Source of the DNA: Microthyrium microscopicum
Lineage: Eukaryota
Reading direction: 5' to 3'
Length of the DNA: 64,000 nucleotides
Assembly: GCA_010405405.1 (NCBI GenBank)
Contig: MU004242.1
Span: 717,751 to 781,750, forward strand
Part shown: in pieces, positions 1 through 13,725 of the stretch
How the letters are laid out: every line of letters starts with the position of its first letter
How positions within the stretch are numbered: the stretch's first letter is position 1
Position numbers and translations under genes: made by a program
The notes under the pieces: model-generated
Told to the model about the DNA's origin: nothing
The model's input: only the letters and a program-made list of their open reading frames with translations
The model's database searches: none

Positions 1-659
1 TGTATACACTTACAACGAAGTGTCACCAACAGTAACAGTCTGATTCTGACAAAGACCGCTCGAAAATCCAATAGGCTTCGGATCACCATACCTGCCAACC
101 CACACCATAACCTCATACTTTGCACTTGCATCGACTTGAGCAGCAGCTGGATCTTCATCCGCGAACATGTCCCATGCGACGTTTGAGACCATGCCCGTAA
201 TCCGGCTATCCAGGTCCTTGGCTGGCGCCGAGATCGACCATGATGCCGAGAGAGTGACAGCGCTGATGTCGGAAATGACTATCGGTAGCAGCTTGGGCTG
301 GAACTTGACGTGCGGGTAGGAATGAACCGCGTTCCGATCACTGGGCCATTGCCAGGTGGCATTGAAAGCGGTGGAGTAGGAGTTTACCTGAAGATGTCAA
401 TAGTGCGCGTGATTTCACGCGTGAAGATGCGTACCGATATGCATTGGAAGCCTTGCGGAGTGGCATTCCAGGCGTTTGCGATGACTAAAATTCAATTAGC
501 ATGCTCTCTCTTAGACATGAACATTGGTATCATACAGATCAATTTGTTATTGTCAGAGGGAATGGAACCAGTTGGGGTGCAGATGGTGTTGTCGGGATTG
601 GGCACAGAAGCGGCATATGAGGCACAAAATAACAGAGCTCCCAAGTAAGGAAAGACCAT
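1..659 (-). CDS. Secreted glycoside hydrolase family 12 (endoglucanase/xyloglucanase), 3' end outside window
   Basis: Signal peptide MVFPYLGALLFCASYA. Splicing GT-AG introns (about 485-535 and about 388-434) gives ..IFIANAWN..FQCIS-VNSYSTAFNATWQW..VHSYPHV..NVAWDMF..YEVMVW, which are typical GH12 motifs. A further GTAAG donor lies at position 13. Confidence 0.8.
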
Positions 660-1176
660 GTGCATATTAGCACTGTACAAGGAAGAAGAATGTACCAAGT
701 TCCTGGAAAGTTGAAGGGAAAAGTGATGTCTTATCAGGTTACCGTGCATGAGGCGCAGGGACTGAGATGCAATCGATCTAGAACCTTACGGTGAATTTGC
801 CACGCCATGCAGGTGTTTTGGCGAACAGCAAAAACGAAGTTTTACAGAAGATTTTGCTTAAGTACATGAGCTTGCAAAAATCCCTAGCAGCTTCTATTAA
901 TTCGTCGAATTAGTTCAGGTCAATAGCCGTGATCCTTATGGTTGACGAAGGCGGTATTAACAGGGTTCGGTCTCATGCTACTCTACACATGGAGCAGCTT
1001 TCCTAATAGGTAAGCCCTCGATTATAATGATACATTCAGTTGTACTAAATGGAATATGACAGCAGTGGCGGAGCCAGTAGAACATGCTTTATGAATAGGT
1101 GCTTGAAATTTCGACGAGTTGATCAATGTGCCCATCAATGGCGATGATGAAGCTTGAGCTGCGTGTTGGCTTAAAA

Positions 1177-2616
1177 TCAGTCGTACTTGATGAAATCAAA
1201 GAGTAGCCTTCGATTGCTTTCGTGCCGTAACAGCTCAACTCCAGCTGTCACACAGGCTCTATCAAGTTCATTGATATCATCTGATGTATCTGCGTTCTCC
1301 CAAAGCCACTGAGAAACTATGAGATATTTCAAGCTGGGAAATTTCTTGTTCTTTCCACAATTATCCAAGAAGTATCGTAAAGCAGCTACGATGATATCGA
1401 ATTGCCTGTCATCTCCTAGATCATCACTATTGAGTTCCAGACGCTCCAGAGATACCGGAAGCACGTCTACGAAAGAACACTCTGGTGGGAGCCTATCTGT
1501 GTAATCCGAGTAGCTTGTCCTTCCAAATAGCACTTCGGACCCAATGTCTAGAAACTGGAGATTTTCCAGCGGGATCAAGCCTGACCCGATAGACTCCATG
1601 GGCGCATCGTCTGTATGCACTTGACGCGACCACTTTGAGTTAATCGTGAGTTCTTGGAGAGACGTCGCATGTCGCGCGACTCCTTCTCCTATGGCTTTGC
1701 TGGTAAAATGGAATTCACGCCAGGGACCTGTATCATCCATTGTCAAGACCAGTTTGCGTAACGCTTTGCAGGCACCGAAAAGTAAGGTAATAGCCGGATC
1801 ATCGATGGCACAATTCATGAGGACAATACTCTCTACCGCACTGGAACCGTCGGCAGGGAATCGAGCGGCTTCTAAGCCTAGCACTGGTAGGCCATAGCCA
1901 TAAAAGCCACGGAGATTAGGCAAGTGGAAGAAAATGGACACGTAGCTGATGTTTAAATAATTGTCGCCCCTGATCTTGGGCGATTGGTACATGATGATCC
2001 TTTTGAGAAAGATGAACGGAGGTAGTTGAACATCACTGAGATGTAGGCTGGAATCGATGTTCTTCCGCTTGTTGATTTCTTTCACCGCATGTTCAAAAAC
2101 CGAAAGAGTGTAGGACTGTAGGCTGTCGATGTTGAGCTCCAGTAATTGAATGCGGGGAATCAGTTCAAGGACCAAACTTAGCAGAGCATCTACTGCTTGC
2201 TCCGATGCAATCGCATTTATGATCTCAGCATATGTTGGTCCTGGGAACTGCTTGGCGATAGGAAATAACGGCCCCGCGATATCAGTAAGGCTTTTGTGGT
2301 GTATACCATCGTATTCGTCGGTAAATAGGGCAGCTTCTCGCACTCTGTTCTGTTGGCTTGGATTTTTGACAAGATGCTCGAGAAACGACGCCAGATATTC
2401 GTTGGGACAATGTCCTGATACGTTCGACCATCGATAAGCCAGTAAAGGAGTGGCGAGCCTGTTAAAGAGTTTGCAAGTGAGAGACAAAGAAAGAAGATTT
2501 ACTGGTATGCATAAACTTGAGGGACGATAGTCTGGTTCTCTGTCTGCAGCGATCAGAGTGAATATATGTAAGAGAAGTTCTTCCGGTAGGTCGTCGATGT
2601 TAAAGCCTTCACTCAT
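1177..2616 (-). CDS. F-box-like / LRR-like (RNI-like) hypothetical protein
   Basis: Long intronless ORF. N-terminal IDDLPEELLLHIF..LLSLSLTCKLFNRLATPLL F-box-like motif, followed by LxxLxL repeats. First ATG at 2616. Confidence 0.7.
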   Translation of the reverse strand: MSEGFNIDDLPEELLLHIFTLIAADREPDYRPSSLCIPVNLLSLSLTCKLFNRLATPLLAYRWSNVSGHCPNEYLASFLEHLVKNPSQQNRVREAALFTDEYDGIHHKSLTDIAGPLFPIAKQFPGPTYAEIINAIASEQAVDALLSLVLELIPRIQLLELNIDSLQSYTLSVFEHAVKEINKRKNIDSSLHLSDVQLPPFIFLKRIIMYQSPKIRGDNYLNISYVSIFFHLPNLRGFYGYGLPVLGLEAARFPADGSSAVESIVLMNCAIDDPAITLLFGACKALRKLVLTMDDTGPWREFHFTSKAIGEGVARHATSLQELTINSKWSRQVHTDDAPMESIGSGLIPLENLQFLDIGSEVLFGRTSYSDYTDRLPPECSFVDVLPVSLERLELNSDDLGDDRQFDIIVAALRYFLDNCGKNKKFPSLKYLIVSQWLWENADTSDDINELDRACVTAGVELLRHESNRRLLFDFIKYD

Positions 2617-3243
2617 GGTGGGGGTGTTGTCGAGCAAACTTCTTGTCTGTCCGCTCCAATGTGGTCAAAGACGATCAGGACTTGAATGAATGAGAGAGTC
2701 TGGAGATACGGTTGTGATAGGTGAGATAAAGGCATGCTGAGTTGAAGCAGGCGATCCATGACCCGCTCAGCACTGGCCAACTTCCCCCTGAAGGGGGGGG
2801 GGCGCTCCCCATAAATCGCAACCACCTTCTAAAAACATGACTTCTCATCTCCATCTCCGTCTCCTATACTCCGCCCCTCCTCGTCCTCTCAAACAACGAA
2901 GATCATTACATACAGCACCTCAACAGCAACGACTCTGCCCCTGAGATCCTCGACGCGTTGAAAGACAATGCTGACGCTCGCGACATATGAAGCAATGAGA
3001 TCGATTGATATCTAGGATGCCTATGCATTCAAGATGACACGTATCAATTCTTATGAAAGCGATATATGATACCTATCAAGCAGAGAATGACCACCCAATA
3101 TGATACTCAAATCAACCTCCCAACTCCCCGAGAACATTTACGTTCACAAATTTCAGATATTACCCGTCACCTGAGCCCAGAAGAGCCACCCGTAAGCAAA
3201 AACAACATAACAAATAAGTCACTCAGTCCCCATCGAAAAGCGT

Positions 3244-5152
3244 TCATTTGACACCGTTGGTTCCATTCTTCTGAGGCTTTTGAATGAGAGCAAAGTCCTT
3301 CTCGGTCTCCGCCTTGGGCATATTCGCCAACCAGGTTGGAGCAGTGATTCCAGTCTGCTGCTGGATAGTCTCAAGCAATGGTGGGAGAGACTGGAAGAGA
3401 TTTCGAATAGGCGCGGTCGTATCAACACCGTCGGAGCTACCAGTGTTCCAAACGTTGATCTTTGGCTGCAATCCATGAATGGCTTTGGCGTTCTCGGCTG
3501 CCATATTTTCGTATGTGCCACGCTCAAGCATCATCCAGTGCATCAAGCCAGATGGACCACCAAGGACGTTGGAAAGTTGGCCATAAGCCTAGCATTCTGT
3601 TAGTCGCCTGCACTCAAGTCGACCCACGAGTTTTTGGAAGACACTTACCTTGGTCATTTCCATAAGACCATCTGCTTGGGTCTTCTTGGCGTAGTATAGA
3701 GCATCAGCCTTCAGCTTATCTTGGTAGTATTTGGCATCGGTCTCCAGCTTCTTGGTCTCAAAGACGAGTTTTGCCTTTTCATACTGAGCCAAAGCTTCTT
3801 GCTGAACGCGGTAGTAGTCTGCATCAGCCGAAATCTTGATGGCTACCTGACTACCCTCTGCCTCCTTGGCTCTCTTGGTCTTGTAACCCTCAGCATCCTG
3901 CTTCACGGTAACGAGTTTGGCATCGGCATCTCTGGACGCTCTGTAGTACGCGGCATCAGTCTCGGCCATCTTCTGGCTCTTGAGAGCTTCGGCGTTCTTC
4001 TGTTCTACTCAGAATTAGTACCGGCAAAATGAAGTCTCAGAACAAGCTTACGGGTGTATAGCAAAGCATCGGCCTTTTCTTGATCAGATTCACGGTTGAT
4101 ACGAGCCTTGATGACAGTTGTAGCACGCTGTCTCTCCAACTCCATCTCCGCGCGGCGAATTTCAACGGTCTACACACTAGTGAGCTTCATATCACAATCA
4201 ACGCGACTTGTTCGAACCTTCTGAAGCTCCACATCTCGCTCTTCCGCCTTGCGACCTGCTTCAACACGGCTGATCTGCAAGTTTCGCTCAATCTCAATTT
4301 GAACGCTTGTCAACTCAGCATCTGCCTTGGCCTTCTCTGCCTTGCGCATGGTTTCTTTGACAGCAGTGTCGGCGTGGATTTTCGCAATCTCCTGCTTTGT
4401 TTGGCCTTGACGTTGACTTTCTCCGACCTAGAAGAGAATGATTTAGCAGCGCGAGAGTTAATTGTTCGAAGGCTCCCTTACGTCTCCGACCATGCGAGCT
4501 TCTGCAACGTCAACCTTTGCCTGGTTGAGGGCTCCTTCGTGGGCCTTGCGACTGAGGTACGCGAAGTACTCAGAGCCTGGAGTATCCTGTAGTTCTTTGA
4601 GGCGTTAGCATGATCCTATGGAAATGGACTCCGAAACCTACCTTTGACGTTGGCGTTGTAGATCTTGAGACCGAATTGATCAAGCTCAGTTTGCACGTTC
4701 TTGATAACCTTGTCTCTGAACATCTTCCGCGCATTGAAGAGCTCTTCCATGGTCATGGTTGACACAATGGAACGAGTTTCGCCCTCGATGATACCCTTGA
4801 CAATGTTTTGCACATGGCCTCGGCCCTCTGCCAAACCGATAGCGCCAGACTTGCCTGGAGTAGCCACTCCACCGTCGGTGTTACCTGTCAGGAGTACTGC
4901 GTACCTGACCAGCGCCTGGTTGTTATCGCTCTCGTCGTCTGGGCCGATGGTGAAGACTGCTGGCAAGCTGAAACTCAACTTCTCCACTGTCATGGCTTGA
5001 AGAGAGAGGGAGAAATCGAATGGCGTGATGGAGAACTTTGTCACTTTCTGGAAGGGCATAATGAATGCCTTTTTCTTGACAGCGACGCCATCAATACCAG
5101 CGCCGGTGATGGCGAGGTAAGCACTTGGCTCAGATACATGATACCACACCAT
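3244..5152 (-). CDS. Flotillin/SPFH (band 7) domain protein, multi-exon
   Basis: [47 protein letters not shown]; intron 4595-4641 continues into [19 protein letters not shown]. Followed by an AEA-rich coiled coil and C-terminal [25 protein letters not shown]. Confidence 0.9.
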
Positions 5153-6315
5153 CTTGGTAGAATGGATTCAAAAATTTGAAGTTGAGGAATTCAGGGTCTT
5201 GGTATTGAAGATCGAAAGGAAAGACAATGGTCAGCAAGAGAAGAAGTGCGCGTGAAAGTGCGACGTATGGCATATCTAAATACCTACCCGGTGAACTCAT
5301 TTCGGTGAAGGCGGCACTGCTTTTGATCTGCTCTTGGAACAACTACTGGTATCCGTGCCCTTGGCAGAAGTAGCATGCCACTGTTCGCAGTCAGGTAGTA
5401 GCATTTCTGTAGGCAGATTCTTAATGCCAAAAAGAGCCAAGCACTGTTCAATGGTAGAGTTCCACGAAAGCCATTGAGTGGGAGACGAAGAACAAGGGGA
5501 CCAGCACGGGCCAAGGCAAGGCTGACACCAGAAAATGAGCGATTTTCATGGTTTGTGCGTTTGCATCGTATGAGTTGTAGATTTTCTAGGTGCATAAATA
5601 GATGCAGAAGGACGCTGGTGACAAACACTTGTCGCTCGAATTATCCCGATTGCCGCACTGCCGTACCAAAGGTACCGTTCTCGTCATCACTGGACTTTTT
5701 GACGATCGTTGTGAACGAAGCAAAGAGGCTTCTTTGGCGAAAATTATCTACCTATGCTGCCGCAGCTTCATGGGTGCTCATTCAACAGTCATGACCTGGA
5801 TGGCATTTGTGGCTATCGTCCGCGAGAATTATCTTGTTGCTCCCTGAGTACGAATTCCGCAGTATCTAGTGAGACTGTCTTCATGAGGCTTGATGCTCAG
5901 CCTTGCGCCTTATGGTCAGTGGCGTTGAAACCTGGCCATGGATACTGTACCTTCCCAAAATCTTGAAATACTGTTTCATAGACTCTGTAATACAATCAAC
6001 TTCTTATTACCTTTATTATCACTTCACTACGTTCATTGCAAACGATGGTTAATTTCTGGCTCTGTTTGACGTAGTGATACCACAGAATATCTCCTAAGAG
6101 TCTCCATCAGCCTTGGCATAAGTCTTGACCGAAAATTTCCATCACAAGACTCTACTAAATGAAACTAGCAATTTTACCAGTACAGATGGAAGGAAAACGG
6201 CCATAACATGGCTCAGCTGCAAATCAGTCAGATCACGTTTTCGTCCACCAAGCTTTCCAAGATCAGCTAGTCCCTTACTTTACCGAACATAAGGTATCGT
6301 GCCAGTAAGCCCTAA

Positions 6316-6610
6316 TGACGGAATACGGTCCGTGCAGCTCAGGGAATGCAGAATCGGTAAAGGGAACATTAAAGAATCTAATTAACTAACTACTATAATA
6401 ACTATAGTATTTATACCCTATTAAAGACGTAAAATATATCTTCTTAGAGCCTAAAATTTAGGCTATAATAAAGGCAAAAGTAATATATAGAAAGAGATAG
6501 AAAAGGCAAAAAGATATAATAGCTAATAAAGGCTAAATTTTAGTATTTCTACTTCCTAATTCTAAATTAAGACTAGCATAGATCTAGGGTTTAGAATAAA
6601 CCTTCTATTA
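6316..6610 (-). repeat. LTR (3' LTR of the minus-strand element), 295 bp
   Basis: Aligns with 13431-13725 at equal length; the differences seen are C>T/G>A transitions. It is adjacent to a degraded polypurine tract (6611-6622, minus strand). Confidence 0.92.
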
Positions 6611-9600
6611 TACTTTTTAAGTTTCTAATCTATAAATCTTAAGATATACTTAGTATTAAGTATAAAAGAATATTAATTTTTAGGTTTTCTAAGACTAAGC
6701 TACTAAAATATTAAAACTAGTTAAAATAGAAAATAAAAAATACTATTAAGTAGCCCTAGCATAGAAGATCTAGCTTATATTAAAATATAAGAAATTTAGT
6801 AATTTATAGTAGTAGCAAAAGTATTTATAACGTTCTAAAAAGAATCTTCTTAAGCTAATACTAAGTATTCTATATCTATTAAATTTAGTATCTTTCTAAA
6901 CTTCTTATATTCTTATAAAGAGAAAGCTTTTATTAAATTATTTACTAGTATTTTACCTATAAGAACTTATTTAATAAAGATATAGCCTTTTATAACTTCT
7001 TAATAAAGTTAGAACTAATATATATTAATATACTTTAATCTAGAAGATAAAAGCTAAGCCTACTTTATTATAATACCTATTATTTAGGTATTATTATTTA
7101 ATATTAGTATTTTAATATTAAGATTAAACTTAAGCTATAAGAAGAAGCATTAAATTAAGATTAACTCTTTTAAGGCGTTTAAGAAGAATAAAAGTTCTAC
7201 TTTTATTATAGATATTAAGACTATCTTTTAGCGTAAAAATTATTAGCTAATAAGTCTTCTAAATAGGTTAAATAAGAAGCCCTAGGTTAATCTTTAAGTT
7301 TCTTAATTATTTATAAATATAGTATTATAGGCTATAAGAAATACTTCTTTACTAGTAATAAGTACTTTAGCAGTTCTATAATACTTAAGCATAAGGTATT
7401 TTATTATTTAAAAATATAGAATAGTTCTCTTAATCTTATAGTAATAAAGTTTAGAAGAATTCTAGTTAAAATAACTTAAATAAGAGGCTATATAATAAAT
7501 ATTTAGCCTATATATTATTATAGAGTAAATTATAGAGCTATAACGTATTTAAAAGGCGTAGATTTAATCTTTAAATATCTATTCTTTATTTAGAATAAGT
7601 TTAATAAGATTTAAAATAAAAATAACGTATTTAGTCTTCTTTATAATATTAAGCTAGAATTTAGTACTAATTTTATTAATATACTAATCCTATAAGATCT
7701 AAAGCTTTTAATTAGCTTAATCTTAAAGTATTTAAATATTAAGAAAGCTTTTTAAGATACCTAAATTCCTTATAGCGTAATATATACTAAGTTTATATTT
7801 TATCTTATCTACTTCTACTTAATATACTTTTAGTAAAAGAAGGAAAAAGTTATTAATATAATAAAAAAGGAAAATAGGATACTAAATATATTTAAAAAAG
7901 TAAGAGTCTTCTAGAATAAGCTTAAACTTTATTATATAAAGGATAGCTCTTATATCCTAATACTATAGTAATAAAGATCTTAGTAGTTTATAGAAAGTAT
8001 AATAAAGTAGTAATACCTTTTTAAAAATATTAAAGCCTTTAAGGTATTAAACTAGAATTATTTTATCTAAAATAGTATTTAAGAAAATATTTATAGTATT
8101 AAATTAATAAAGATCTAGATTAAACGTAGCTATTAGTATAAGAATTATACGTAATATATAGTAAGCTCTAATAGTAATATAAATCTCTAATTCTAGATTT
8201 TAGTACTATAGATCTTCTTTTATATAGATTCTAGCCTTATATTTAAGAAAAAAGCTATTTAAATTATACTTCTCTAAGAATATCTACTTTAAGGGTAGAA
8301 TAAGCTTATTAGTTTAAAGAGTATAGACCTTTTTAAATATACCTTATTCCTAAAGTATTTTAATCTTAATTTTAGTAGCTAAAAGATATTAGTCTTAATT
8401 AGAGCGTTTTATTATTTTAGACTACGTTTTTAGTAATTCTAGCATATTTCTTTTATAGTAGTATTAAACTAAAGCTATAGAGAATACATAATATAATAAG
8501 ATAAAGAAGTAAAGTTTATAGAGTACTAGATTAGTAGTCCTTAAGAATTATAGAATATAACTATTTCTTATAGTACATATAGAGATATTTTAGAAAGCTT
8601 AAATCTCTTATTTATACTTAGTAATATACTACTATTTTAGGCAAGCTATTAAAGTAGCTAGTAGTAATACTAATAGAATTATAAGAATAGAATCTTCTAA
8701 AGTATCCTTTCTTAATTTAGTATATCCTTAAGTAAGTAATAAACTTATAGAGAATATTAAATATTATAAAGAAGGCTAAGATAATAGTAATAGTATAGAA
8801 TTAGGCATTATTAGCTAGTTATTAAACATAGATTAATTAGAATCGTTTTTAAAAGTCTAATAGCTATCTTATTTTTACTATTAATTATTCTATGCCTCCT
8901 AATTTTAATTAAGCTATTATTTAGCTTCTTATAAGTTAAATATACTACTACTAACGTCTATTTTAAAATAAGAGAGTAATATATCTAAAAGTACGTTAAC
9001 AAATTAGTTATTAATTATAATAAGTATAATAGTATTAAATTTAATAGTTTTATTAATTATAATATCTTATACTTTAATAATATAGTTATTTAAAGGAATC
9101 TAAACCCTAAAGATATTACTTCTAATATACCCTATTAGCTAACCTTTAATTAAGTAAGATTAAAGCTTCTTAAGCTTTAGAATATTAGGATTATAAATAT
9201 AAGCTTTTAAGCTAATAATTTAAACTAATAAGAAATCTAGCACTTATTTAAATACTATCTTAAAGGGTATTCTCTAGTTTAGCTACTTCTTTAGGATCCT
9301 ATTAAGTAAATATACTACTAAGTAAGTAAGTTTAGGCTATAACGCATTTAGAAGGCTACTATATTATTTTAGTACCCTTATAATAGATATTAAGATTTAT
9401 CTTAATACTTCTATAAGACTATTTTATAAAGCAATATAGAGTATAGATAGTTCTTTAATAATACTATTTAGCTAAATCTTATTATTCTACTTCTTACCTA
9501 TTATAGCTTTATAATCCCTATAGATTTAAAAGACTTTATATTTAATATTACCTACTTTATAACTTATATTCTTAATAATAGTAAGTACGTAGCGTAGGAA

Positions 9601-12042
9601 TTAAATATAGTTCTCTTATATCTTCTAAGGAAGTATTTCTAGTAAATAGAACTTTATAATAGTATAGTAAGTATAAATAATCTAGCAATTATTATTATAG
9701 CCTTTCTTAACCTAAATTAGATTAATATAAAGCTTCTTAAAGGGCTTTAAGCCTAAATCTATTAATTAATAAGAAATCTATTTCTTCTACTTCATTTTAA
9801 TATAAATTTTATAGAAATAGTTATTATCTTTAGTATCTCTAAAAGAAGTAATATTTAGAATAATTTTTATATCTTTAGTAGTACATTCTATATAAGATAC
9901 TATAGCTTTACTAATATAACCTATCTATTAGTATTATTTAAATATAAAAGCTATAAAAGTATAAAGAAGTAATAATATTATAAAGAAGATATAATAAGAA
10001 TTATTTTTAAAGAGAAAGTAAACATTAAAGAGGATAATCTTAGCTAAAAGCTTTCCTATTTTAATATGCCTAATCTAGCCTATTTTATTATTCTAGTAGT
10101 ATCCTATAGCTTTTATCCTATAATAGAAAGCTAAATTCTTATAAAAGCTAAATATATAAGTAACATTATAAAGAGTAACTATTTAGTATCCTTTAAGGCC
10201 TAAAACAATAATATCTATATTACTATATTCTATAACTTATAAAAAGACCCTACTATAGATTAAAGAACTAAGAATACTCTTATATATCTTAAACTAAAAT
10301 TTATTATTATAAATATATATATCTACTCTAGAATTAAGAATAAACCTTTTATTAAGAGATATCTTAACTATTATAAATATTATAACTCTTATAACTACTA
10401 TTCTAATACCTATATATTTAATTATTTTAGATAATTAGTTATTATTACTATACTCTTAATCTTAACCTATTTTAAGAATATAATTAACTCTTACTTTAAG
10501 CTAAGGATTCCTAAAGCTTTCCTTAATTTTTACTTTTACTTTAGGGTTAAGATACTATCTATTTAAACGTTTATTAAGTTAAAGATAGAAATAATCATTA
10601 TAATATTCTATCTTACTATAAAGGTAAAGAGGAACTATCTTTTTATCCTTTTAAGAACTCTATAATCTAAACGTTAAGAAAGATTAATAAGCATTTATAT
10701 TTAAGGAAGTCTTCTTAGGTTAAAATATCTCTTCCTAAGTCTTTTTATTAAGGATAGTAGTAAAAGTAATACTAGATTATAATACTAGTATAATTTCTTT
10801 ACTATAAATAGTCTAATACTTCTTAATATACTCTAAAAAGATAAGTTATTTACCTTCTATATAATAATAAATAAACTATATCTAGGTACTAAGGTAAGAA
10901 GCTTAAGTAGCGTCTATAAAGATATCTATAAGCTATCTTTTAAAAATTTCGTCCTTATTATAAAGAGAACTTTTTCTTTAAAGAAATATCTAGTAAATTA
11001 GCTAAAGTTATAGTTCTTACTATTTATATCCCTTCCTTAGGGTATTAAATTCTTTATCTAGCTTTAAGATTATACTAGTTTAAGAAAGATAAATACCTTT
11101 CTAAAGTACTTAAAGTATATCTTAAGCTTTAAAGATATTAGTAATATAGTTCTAGAAACTTTTAAATACTATCTTATTTAGAAAGTTATTAATCTTAACT
11201 ATAGCGTTTTTAATATCTTAATACTCCTAGTAGTCTAAATTATATATCTATAATAAGATATTATATTCTTAAATAAAAATTAACTCTACTATTTAAATAA
11301 GTTAATCCTTATTATTCTTTATAAATACTTAAGAAATAGTAGATTTTACTAAATATATTTTAAATAGGCATACTAATTCTTTTAGAGAAGAACTAGTTCC
11401 TTCTAGATTAATATAATCCTATATATCTAGAGCGTATACTTACTATTTTATAAAATTAATCTAAGTATACTAGTTATTACTATTCTTTAATATAACTACT
11501 ATAAAGAAATTTCTAGTAGTTACTATTTTAAGTAATCCTTCTATAGAGTCTATATAGTATACTTAAGAATAATATCTAGCTTTTTATAAGGACTAATATC
11601 TCTAATACTACTTTAATTAAGAGATAGAAACGCTACTACTATATTAAGTTACTATAGCTTATTCCTTTAGCTTAATAGGCCATTTTAAAGATTTTTCTAA
11701 TTTAGAAGAACTATCTTAGTATATAGAAAAAGAAGAAGAAGAAATAAAAAAAAAGAATAAGAAAGTATTTTATACCTCTAGGAATTAAGAAATTACCTAT
11801 TTAAGCAATTTACGTTAAGTCTATTTAAAGGAAGTACGCGTAAGCTTATAATAGGTACTTCTAGCAAATTATTGCTTTATTTAGGAGATACTACCTTAGT
11901 ATCTTTATACCTTTATTTAGAAGATACTACCTTAGTATAGAGGAAGAAGAAGAAAAGGAGAAGAATAAGTAAAAAAAGATATTTATACCCTCTAGGCCTC
12001 TAAGATTTCCTCTTTAGGTAGTTTAGGCCTAGCATTATATTT

Positions 12043-12229
12043 CTCTACTTAGGAACAGAATATAGAATAATTAGACACTTATATATCTTTACTAAATACT
12101 TCTTCTACTCTACTTAGGAATAGAATATAAAATAATTAGACACTTATATATCTTTACTAAATACTCCTTCTACTTTACTTAGGAATAGAATATAGAACAA
12201 TTAGATACTTATATATCTTTACTAAATAT
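12043..12229. repeat. Tandem repeat, 65-bp period, about 3 copies, inside the retroelement
   Basis: The unit TACTTAGGAAYAGAATATARAAYAATTAGAYACTTATATATCTTTACTAAATA.. recurs with AGGAA starting at 12051, 12116 and 12181. Confidence 0.9.
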
Positions 12230-13430
12230 ATCTTTTAGTTATAGCGTACTAAGCCTAAACTAAAGTACTAAAGTTAAGTTAGCAATAGTAAGATTACTAA
12301 TAATATTCTATAAGAATTTAGAACGTACTTAAAAGTAGTATAGGTTTTAGTACTACTATAGCTAAGGTAGTAAAAAGGTTAAGTCTTTAAAGTTAAGAAA
12401 TAATAGTAGTAATTTATATAATATTAATAATAAGTTTCTCTAAGAGACTTACTTAATAGCTTAGGTCTATAAGAAAGAAAATAGCAAGTATAGCAATATA
12501 GTTACTATTAAAGAATTAAAAAGCGTTATCTAGTACTACTAATACTAAGACTATTAATATACTCTAATACTACTAATACTAAGGCTATTAGTATACTAAG
12601 CCTAATAAAGAGGTTAAGTCCTTAAAAGTAAAGACTACTAATAGTTAAGTCCTTAAAGTTAAGGAAATAATAGTAGTAAAAGAACTATTAAAGACTAAAG
12701 AACTAGATAGTAACTAAAAGTAATAAGAAGTATTACTTATACTTTACCTTTATAAATACTAAAGCTATTAGTATATTCTAGCACTACTAATACTAAGGCT
12801 ATTAATATACTAAGAGTTTAAAGAAGTAATAACTTTTAAAGAACTATTAAGATTAAGAATACGTTAGAAACTTAATAATAAAGGTTATATAAATACTAAA
12901 TATAATAAAAAGAGTACTAATAAAGGCATAAAGCTTAAAGTACGTAATAAAAAAGAGAAAAAGAAAAAGAAAAGGAAAAAAAATAAAAGAATATTTATAC
13001 CCCTAAGGTTTATAAGATTACCTCTTTAAGTAATTTCTTAATTTAATCTACTAATTCCTTACTCTTTCTTACTATTAAATAACGCAATAAGGTTCTCTTA
13101 TTACTTCTTAATAATTTAAATAGGTATTATAAATAGTAAAATAATAAAAAGAGATATAAGTCGCTATAAAGAGGAATAAATAAAGTAAAGTACTTCCTAA
13201 CCCTAATTTAAAAGAGTAGTAACTTTAAAGAGTAGTTCTAGCTTTAGTAATAATTATAAGTTTAAAAGCAATATTATAAATTAATCTATAACTTAATAAG
13301 TAAGTTTTAGTACTAAAACTAGTATATAGTAATAGCTAAAATTTAGGAGATTATAATAATATAGTTTATAAGAGATTTATATATAGAATAATAAAATAAT
13401 AAAGGTATATTAAAATACTAAGCTTATAAC

Positions 13431-13725
13431 TAACAAAATATAGTCTATATAGCTTAAAGAATATAAAATTAGTAAAGAGAATATTAAAGAATCTAATTAA
13501 CTAACTACTATAATAACTATAATATTTATACCCTATTAAAGATATAAAATATATCTTCTTAGAGCCTAGAATTTAGGCTATAATAGAGACAAAAGTAATA
13601 TATAGAAAGGGGTAGAAAAGGCAAAAAGATATAATAGCTAATAGAGGCTAAATTTTGGTATTTTTGCTTCCTAATCCTAGATTAGGACTAGCGCAGATCT
13701 AGGGTTTAGAACGAACCTTCTGTCA
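13431..13725 (-). repeat. LTR (5' LTR of the minus-strand element), 295 bp
   Basis: Direct repeat of 6316-6610. On the minus strand it is followed by GTTATAAGCTTAG, a RIP-altered Copia-type PBS (GTTATGGGCCCAG-like). Confidence 0.92.

Larger units (their letters stand above)
6316..13725 (-). mobile_element. Full-length Ty1/Copia LTR retrotransposon, inactivated by RIP
   Basis: Extremely AT-rich, TpA-rich block bounded by two 295-bp direct repeats with TGAC..GTCA ends and a 5-bp TSD (CCTAA 6311-6315 / CCTGA 13726-13730). The minus strand shows RIP-altered Copia motifs: RT YVDD->YINN (~7848-7860), RNase H KHIDI->KYINI (~7022-7036) and ADGLTK->VNNLIK (~6928-6945). Confidence 0.93.

Noticed and set aside
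2793..2802. G10 homopolymer upstream of the F-box-like gene
   Set aside because: An isolated run with no supporting evidence of function.
4080..4592. Plus-strand 170-aa ORF and many similar antisense or overlapping ORFs (e.g. 36981-37502, 41427-42131, 30348-30971)
   Set aside because: They are shadows of well-supported genes on the opposite strand or in other frames, with no independent motifs.
12043..12229. 65-bp repeats as a CRISPR array
   Set aside because: Head-to-tail tandem copies without unique spacers, inside a retroelement.
6316..13725. AT-rich ORF-free block as centromere, organellar insertion or foreign DNA
   Set aside because: Paired LTRs, TSD, PBS and RIP-altered RT/RNase H motifs explain it fully as a RIPed Copia element.
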